DNA of 62,971 nucleotides from assembly GCA_017475965.1 (NCBI GenBank), contig JAFVEL010000019.1:1-62971 (forward strand). The letters run 5' to 3'. This document shows, piece after piece, positions 61,840 through 62,971 of this stretch. Source of the stretch: Alphaproteobacteria bacterium. Its GTDB lineage: Bacteria; Pseudomonadota; Alphaproteobacteria; RUG11792. Each line of letters begins with the position of its first letter. Position 1 is the stretch's first letter. Made by a program: the position numbers and the translations under genes. Below the pieces are notes generated by a model, which ran no database searches, had not been told where the DNA came from, and worked only from the letters and a program-made list of their open reading frames with translations.

Positions 61840-62556
61840 ATGAAGAATACTTCATGTAAAATTGTTTTGTCTTTTATTTTTTTACTACAAATTATTAATG
61901 TTAATTATGGTTATAGTAGTAATTATGAAATGATACATGGCGAATATTGCACATTACATGTTAATTATAATAATTACAAAGATGAGATACAAAATAATAA
62001 TCCATCATGGTTGGATAGTATGAATACTTGTAATAATAGTTATAATGAATATTTTAAAGAACAACGTAATACTAAATACATTGAATCACTCATTAAAGAT
62101 ATTGGGAAAAATTCATTACCTGAGATTGAAGTTATTAATACAAGTACACAAACTATTGCTGATATTGTTAAAGATGAAATACAAACAATTGAGTTTAATA
62201 AACTCACTATAGATACTGATTGGTATACAAAACCAGGAGGTGGTAATAGTCAGAATACATTCGAATCAAAATGTAATATAACGTACGATGGTGGCACTTG
62301 CTGTAGCGTTAATATCAGTAAAAAATCCTGTTGTGATTTCTTTACCAATATGTTTAATAAAATAAAATCATTTATACTTCCCAAAAGAAAACGAGTTGAA
62401 TTAAAGAATTTATATGATTCTGAATATTTAACTGCTGAGTTAAAGAAGAATGTAGATGAAATAATTAATGATTCTAAAAAACAACTGGAGCAGTTTGTTA
62501 AAAATTATTATACCAAGATACCAAATACATTATCAGAAAAAGAAAAACAACAATAA
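61840..62556 (+). CDS. secreted Cys-rich orphan protein
   Basis: Signal peptide MKNTSCKIVLSFIFLLQIINVNYG. Cys cluster KCNITYDGGTCCSVNISKKSCCDFF, then a charged helical tail. Confidence 0.6.
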   Translation: MKNTSCKIVLSFIFLLQIINVNYGYSSNYEMIHGEYCTLHVNYNNYKDEIQNNNPSWLDSMNTCNNSYNEYFKEQRNTKYIESLIKDIGKNSLPEIEVINTSTQTIADIVKDEIQTIEFNKLTIDTDWYTKPGGGNSQNTFESKCNITYDGGTCCSVNISKKSCCDFFTNMFNKIKSFILPKRKRVELKNLYDSEYLTAELKKNVDEIINDSKKQLEQFVKNYYTKIPNTLSEKEKQQ

Positions 62557-62971
62557 TTGTTTTTTATGAAAATCACTTGTGACATAATTAATTATTAAGT
62601 GAATTTGATATTATCATTCATAGTGCTTTAATTTCTTTTGTAAAAAAAATAGTAGTATTAATCTCCAATTTATATATGAATATTATTACAATGTATTTGG
62701 ATTTTTTATGGGATTTTTTATTTCTCCCACATTCTCGTATGGATATAGTATAATAGAATATATAAAATATAGAATGTAATATAGATGTAAAATGACAGAA
62801 GAAAGTAAATTATATAAGTTAACACCAACTATGGATTTTGTATGTATATTTGTTATATAAAATAACAAAACAAATACATCTTATTTGTGATATAAATTTA
62901 ATTTTACATGGTATATCACTCACAAAATCAAATGATAATATATTTAACAATGTAGATTTTGTGTAGGTCAA

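Overview
This is a very AT-rich window (judged by eye, not computed) from a reduced bacterial genome. The organism is probably an alphaproteobacterial obligate symbiont. The evidence is a circularly permuted two-piece tmRNA, an alpha-type SspB, a class I LysRS and the secY-adk-rpsM gene order. About 18 kb on the minus strand (5.0-23.1 kb) is an intact str/S10/spc/alpha ribosomal-protein supercluster running rpsL-rpsG-fusA-tuf-rpsJ...rplQ-bamE. Other housekeeping genes are topA (partial), an OmpA/MotB-family protein, gmk, pnp, ruvC, murD-ftsW, uppP, sspB, ssrA, lysK-nrdD, ctpA, an SLT transglycosylase, menA, dsbB and tRNA-fMet. Between these lie accessory stretches containing about 17 orphan ORFs with signal peptides or lipoboxes, several of them visibly decayed. 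These stretches also hold an orphan lipoprotein secretin, BspA-type LRR and Sel1 proteins, and two isolated type VI secretion baseplate genes: a TssG-like gene at 27 kb and a TssE-like gene at 60 kb. The most interesting signals are listed here. (1) The T6SS baseplate genes are dispersed among a secretin and a Cys-, Asn- and Tyr-rich secretome. (2) The tmRNA has an unusually long, strongly basic tag and sits directly upstream of sspB. (3) The NrdD ORF ends right after its Zn ribbon, with no glycyl-radical motif and no nrdG. (4) Tandem duplications of about 90-105 bp occur at the pnp 5' end and the ruvC 3' end. No CRISPR array, transposase, integrase, rRNA or classical defence system was recognised.
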